From the NCBI GenBank assembly GCA_963770835.1, contig CAVYRH010000004.1, positions 166,515-230,514 on the forward strand: a stretch of DNA of 64,000 nucleotides. The letters run 5' to 3'. The position numbers and the translations under genes were made by a program. Within the stretch, counting starts at the first letter, position 1; every line of letters begins with the position of its first letter. Positions 61,049-64,000 of this stretch are shown here, piece after piece. This DNA is from an uncultured Pseudomonadota bacterium (GTDB lineage: Bacteria; Oederibacteriota; Muellerivitia; Muellerivitales; Muellerivitaceae). Under the pieces are notes generated by a model. That model saw nothing but the letters and a program-made list of their open reading frames with translations. It had not been told where the DNA came from and searched no databases.

Positions 61049-61117
61049 GAGGGCTCCTTGAAGGGAATGAACTCTTACCATAAACGATGGTAAAACCCCC
61101 CGTCAACCTGAGTGCGG

Positions 61118-62440
61118 TCAGGTTTTTGTTTTCGGCATAAACCGCTTACGGGCCCACTCGTAAAAGGATTCTTTGTCCAGGGGCCGGGCCACCAGCTCGG
61201 CGGCCAGGGCGGAAAGCATGATGGGGAAGATGGCCACGTGGTGGTCGGTCATTTCCACCACCAGCACGAAGGCCGTGAAGGGCGTACGGGTGACGCCGGT
61301 CAAAAAGCCCGCCATACCCAGCAGAATCAGCAGGTTGGCCGAGCCGGTGTGAAACAGGGAATCCAAAACCGATCCGGTGCAGGCCCCGGCGGCCAGGGCC
61401 GGCGCGAAGATGCCCCCCGCAGAGCCGGAAACGTAAAAAACTAGGGACCCGATGGCCCTCAGGAAGGGAAGATCCCAGGTGGATTTTTCCCCCTTGAACA
61501 GCAGGGTGTTCATGACTTCCAAACCCGATCCGCCGGCTTGGGGGTTCAAAAAAACCAGCCCCGCCATGAAAAGACCGCAGGCTATTACTAAGATTGCCCA
61601 TTGGACCTTGGTTTTCAGCCGCTCCCGCCAGGTGAGGAGCCACTTGATACCCATTCCATAAAAGGCCCCAAAGGCTCCGCTCACCAGGCCCACCGCCAGG
61701 GCGATCCATAATATGGAAATCGGCACGTTCCCGATCTGGGGATAGCCCAGGTAAAGGTAGCTTCCGAAAATCCACTGGGACACCAGCCCGGCAATGATGA
61801 TGGAACTGATGAGCACGGTGCGGAACCGGCGGAAGTGGATGGACATCTCCTCGATGGCGAAAACGATGCCGCCCAGGGGGGTATTGAAGGCGGAAGCCAG
61901 CCCGGCGGCGGCACCGGCCACAATCCAGGCCGAGGAATCGGATTCGGAGCGGAAGCGGCGGAAAAAGCGGCCCACGCCGTGGAAAATCCCCGTGGAAACC
62001 TGGATAGTGGGGCCTTCCCGGCCAGTAACGGCGCCCCCCAGGGCGGCCAAAAGGGAGCTGGCGATCTTTACGGCCACCGCCTTGAGGGAAAGGAGCCGGT
62101 CCACCCATTTCTTGTCCCGCTTGTAATTTAGGTCGTTAGCAGCCAGGACCTGGGGAATGCCGCTGCCGGTAGCCTCGGGCGCGAGGAAAACCACCAAGGC
62201 CCAGGAAACCAAAAGACAAAGGGGCGTCCAAATCCAGACGGCTTGGGGATGGGAAGCGATGACCGCTCGGTAGGCAGTTTCAGTCATTTTGAAAAGCCAA
62301 GCGTAAGTGACACAGGTGAAGGCGGCCAGGAAGGCCGAAATCCAGAAGGCCAGGGTTTGGAGATGGTCGCCGTAAGCCAGGAAGGTTTGGACCATCCGCT
62401 TCAGTGGCACCAGCGAAGGCCGGGGGGACTTTCTTTTCAC
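61118..62440 (-). CDS. ClC-family voltage-gated chloride channel / H+-Cl- antiporter
   Basis: GSGIPQ, GREGP and GxFxP selectivity-filter motifs. Confidence 0.85.
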   Translation of the reverse strand: MKRKSPRPSLVPLKRMVQTFLAYGDHLQTLAFWISAFLAAFTCVTYAWLFKMTETAYRAVIASHPQAVWIWTPLCLLVSWALVVFLAPEATGSGIPQVLAANDLNYKRDKKWVDRLLSLKAVAVKIASSLLAALGGAVTGREGPTIQVSTGIFHGVGRFFRRFRSESDSSAWIVAGAAAGLASAFNTPLGGIVFAIEEMSIHFRRFRTVLISSIIIAGLVSQWIFGSYLYLGYPQIGNVPISILWIALAVGLVSGAFGAFYGMGIKWLLTWRERLKTKVQWAILVIACGLFMAGLVFLNPQAGGSGLEVMNTLLFKGEKSTWDLPFLRAIGSLVFYVSGSAGGIFAPALAAGACTGSVLDSLFHTGSANLLILLGMAGFLTGVTRTPFTAFVLVVEMTDHHVAIFPIMLSALAAELVARPLDKESFYEWARKRFMPKTKT

Positions 62441-62570
62441 TTCGAAACCTTTCCTCCGAAATGGCGATCCAAGCGGAGAGGGATTCTACAGAATAAAAGG
62501 GGCAAAAAGATAGCTGTACGCAGGGGAAGCCCCCTTTTCTTTTGAGCAAGGATTCGGCTAGAGTAAACCT

Positions 62571-63353
62571 ATGGCCGACGAAAACCTAACCAGCCCAATC
62601 CTTTCAACCCAACCCAAAGGTTGGGTGCGATGCCTTTCCCTTGCGGGTTTCCTGTTTGCCCTTGCGGCGGTCCTTCTCGCGGTTTTTTCAGGGTTCGGAA
62701 CCAAATGGGGCTGGTGGGATTTCCGGCTTGGGTTGAAGCTTTTCTTGTATTCCGCTGGGGCGGGAGCCGTGGGGCTGGTTCTTTCCATCGTGGGCTTAAG
62801 TCTTTTCAAATACAGGGGTGCGGGACTTTTGAAATATGTCTTGGGAGCCCTCTTGAGCCTTCTCATCACGGGTAATTTTTTGGTGCGGTTTCACTTCGCC
62901 AAACAGGTCCCCCCCATCCATGACATTACTACCGACACCCAGAATCCGCCCCTGTTCGACGACACCCTCCTGGCGCTGCGCAAAGGTGCCCTGAACCCAC
63001 CCGAGTACGGAGGCCCCTCCGTCGCCGAACAGCAGCAAAAGGCCTATCCCGATCTTAAGCCGGTCGTTTTGGAGAATTCCCCGGCCAAGGTTTGGGAAGC
63101 CTGCCTGGCCGCGGCAAAAAAAATGGGATGGGACATCGACGCCATGGATGAAGCCCGCGGGCGCATTGAAGCCACGGATACCACTTTCTGGTTCGGCTTC
63201 AAGGACGACGTCGTGGTGCGGGTGACACCGCAGGGGAGCGGAAGCCGCGTGGATGTCCGGTCCGTCTCCCGGGTGGGAAAAGGGGACGTCGGCACCAACG
63301 CCAAGCGCATCCGCCGTTTCCTGTCCCAAGTGCGGTCGGCCTTCGGAGCCTAA
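62571..63353 (+). CDS. DUF1499-family membrane-anchored protein
   Basis: N-terminal TM helices, then the conserved IHDITTDTQNPP.. DUF1499 core. Confidence 0.65.
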   Translation: MADENLTSPILSTQPKGWVRCLSLAGFLFALAAVLLAVFSGFGTKWGWWDFRLGLKLFLYSAGAGAVGLVLSIVGLSLFKYRGAGLLKYVLGALLSLLITGNFLVRFHFAKQVPPIHDITTDTQNPPLFDDTLLALRKGALNPPEYGGPSVAEQQQKAYPDLKPVVLENSPAKVWEACLAAAKKMGWDIDAMDEARGRIEATDTTFWFGFKDDVVVRVTPQGSGSRVDVRSVSRVGKGDVGTNAKRIRRFLSQVRSAFGA

Positions 63354-63356
63354 AAC

Positions 63357-63710
63357 TTGGTCCGGGTGAAGCGAATGTACCTTCCCGTGGGAAAAAAGGA
63401 CGGCCAGCGATTCCTTGCGGACCGCTTTTGGCCCCGGGGCGTGAAAAAAGAAAAAACCCGGCTTTCGACTTGGATGCGGCAGATCGCGCCCAGCGAAATC
63501 CTACGCAAATGGTTCGGCCACGATCCCGAAAAATGGGGAGATTTCCAGAAACGCTACCGTTAGGAATTGGTGGGCCATGGGGAATTCCTCAAGGCCCTTC
63601 TTCAAACCGCCCGCAAAGGTAAGGTGACCCTTCTTTTCGCCGCTAAGGATGAGAAGCACAACAACGCCGTCGTGCTAAAGGGTTATTTGGAGCACCGGTT
63701 GAAATCGTAG
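63357..63710 (+). CDS. DUF488 (YeaO-like) protein interrupted by an in-frame TAG at 63561-63563
   Basis: MVRVKRMYLPVGKKDGQRFLADRFWPRGVKKE...FQKRYR-TAG-ELVGHGEFLKALLQTARKGKVTLLFAAKDEKHNNAVVLK matches DUF488 across the stop, in the same frame. Confidence 0.75.
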
Positions 63711-63715
63711 GTTTT

Positions 63716-64000
63716 TCAATTTGGGGAAGGATTACCAAGGGATATCCCTTCCCGGTTCAGGCGGCCGTTTTTCAAGATGAAAAAATAGAATCCGTCATGG
63801 GCTTCGGGCCCGTCCCAAGGTTTGTAATTTTTTTCCATCCAGGGGCGCAAAGGTGTTTCCATCCAAAACCGAAGGTCTTCCCGCGAGGAAGGCTTGCCGA
63901 CCACGAAAACCTCGGGTGGTGAGGCTTGTAGTTGTCCCAGAGTTTTAAGAGTGTAGTTCTGCCGGTGAGGGCCCTCGTAAAGGGGAGCGGAATAAAAGAT
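63716..64000 (-). CDS. Hypothetical protein, C-terminal fragment (open to the window edge)
   Basis: The minus-strand frame is open from 64000 to the stop at 63716. No family recognised. Confidence 0.3.
   Translation of the reverse strand: MFYSAPLYEGPHRQNYTLKTLGQLQASPPEVFVVGKPSSREDLRFWMETPLRPWMEKNYKPWDGPEAHDGFYFFILKNGRLNREGISLGNPSPN

Noticed and set aside
61049-61117. Hairpins (ACCAT-AAACG-ATGGT; ACCTGA-GTGCGG-TCAGG+T5) between cstA and the ClC gene
   Set aside because: The T-tract orientation fits a plus-strand terminator, but both flanking genes are on the minus strand. It may just be a UTR structure, so it is not annotated as a terminator.
1-64000. CRISPR arrays, rRNA/tRNA genes, transposases or integrases
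   Set aside because: No short regularly spaced direct repeats, no rRNA or tRNA signatures, and no DDE or tyrosine-recombinase ORFs. The only mobile-like feature is the small nested IR element at 1500-1650.

Overview
This is a high-GC (about 58-60%) bacterial chromosomal window whose backbone is respiratory and central metabolism. Genes run mostly on the + strand from about 5.8 to 36 kb. The main blocks are: (i) a complete 14-gene NADH:quinone oxidoreductase operon nuoABCDEFGHIJKLMN (8.25-22.8 kb), preceded by gnd and an outer-membrane beta-barrel gene; (ii) a ferredoxin-centred module korA-korB, a 4x[4Fe-4S] polyferredoxin, a thioredoxin-reductase-type ferredoxin-NADP+ reductase, and sdhC-sdhA-sdhB (27-35.8 kb). 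The accessory part (36-54 kb) carries three paralogous secreted surface proteins. Each has a signal peptide, DUF11-type repeat domains, a long Pro/Thr (PT) low-complexity linker and three C-terminal FlgD-Ig/T9SS-CTD-like modules. Two of them are giant tandem genes of about 1480 and 943 aa. The region also has a small PT-repeat lipoprotein, a degenerate EAL protein, a PiT phosphate transporter, and a lower-GC segment with a DUF3052 gene and a GT39/PMT-like glycosyltransferase fused to a PA14 domain. Other genes include a type IV pilin, a membrane-anchored guanidino-group-modifying (agmatine deiminase/PAD-like) enzyme, an EamA transporter, a COG2907 oxidoreductase plus acyl-CoA desaturase, cstA, a ClC channel, DUF2269, DUF1499 and DUF488. 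Notable oddities: two low-GC hitchhiker genes sit inside the nuo (nuoE|nuoF) and sdh (sdhA|sdhB) operons, the first translationally coupled to nuoE. Two perfect CRP-type palindromes lie upstream of nuoA. There are three single-base frameshifts (nuoD, korA, eamA) and one in-frame TAG (DUF488) in otherwise conserved genes. Several structured repeat or hairpin elements occur in intergenic regions. No rRNA, tRNA, CRISPR array or obvious transposase was found. Many antisense ORFs in the provided track are artefacts of high GC or of PT-repeat DNA.
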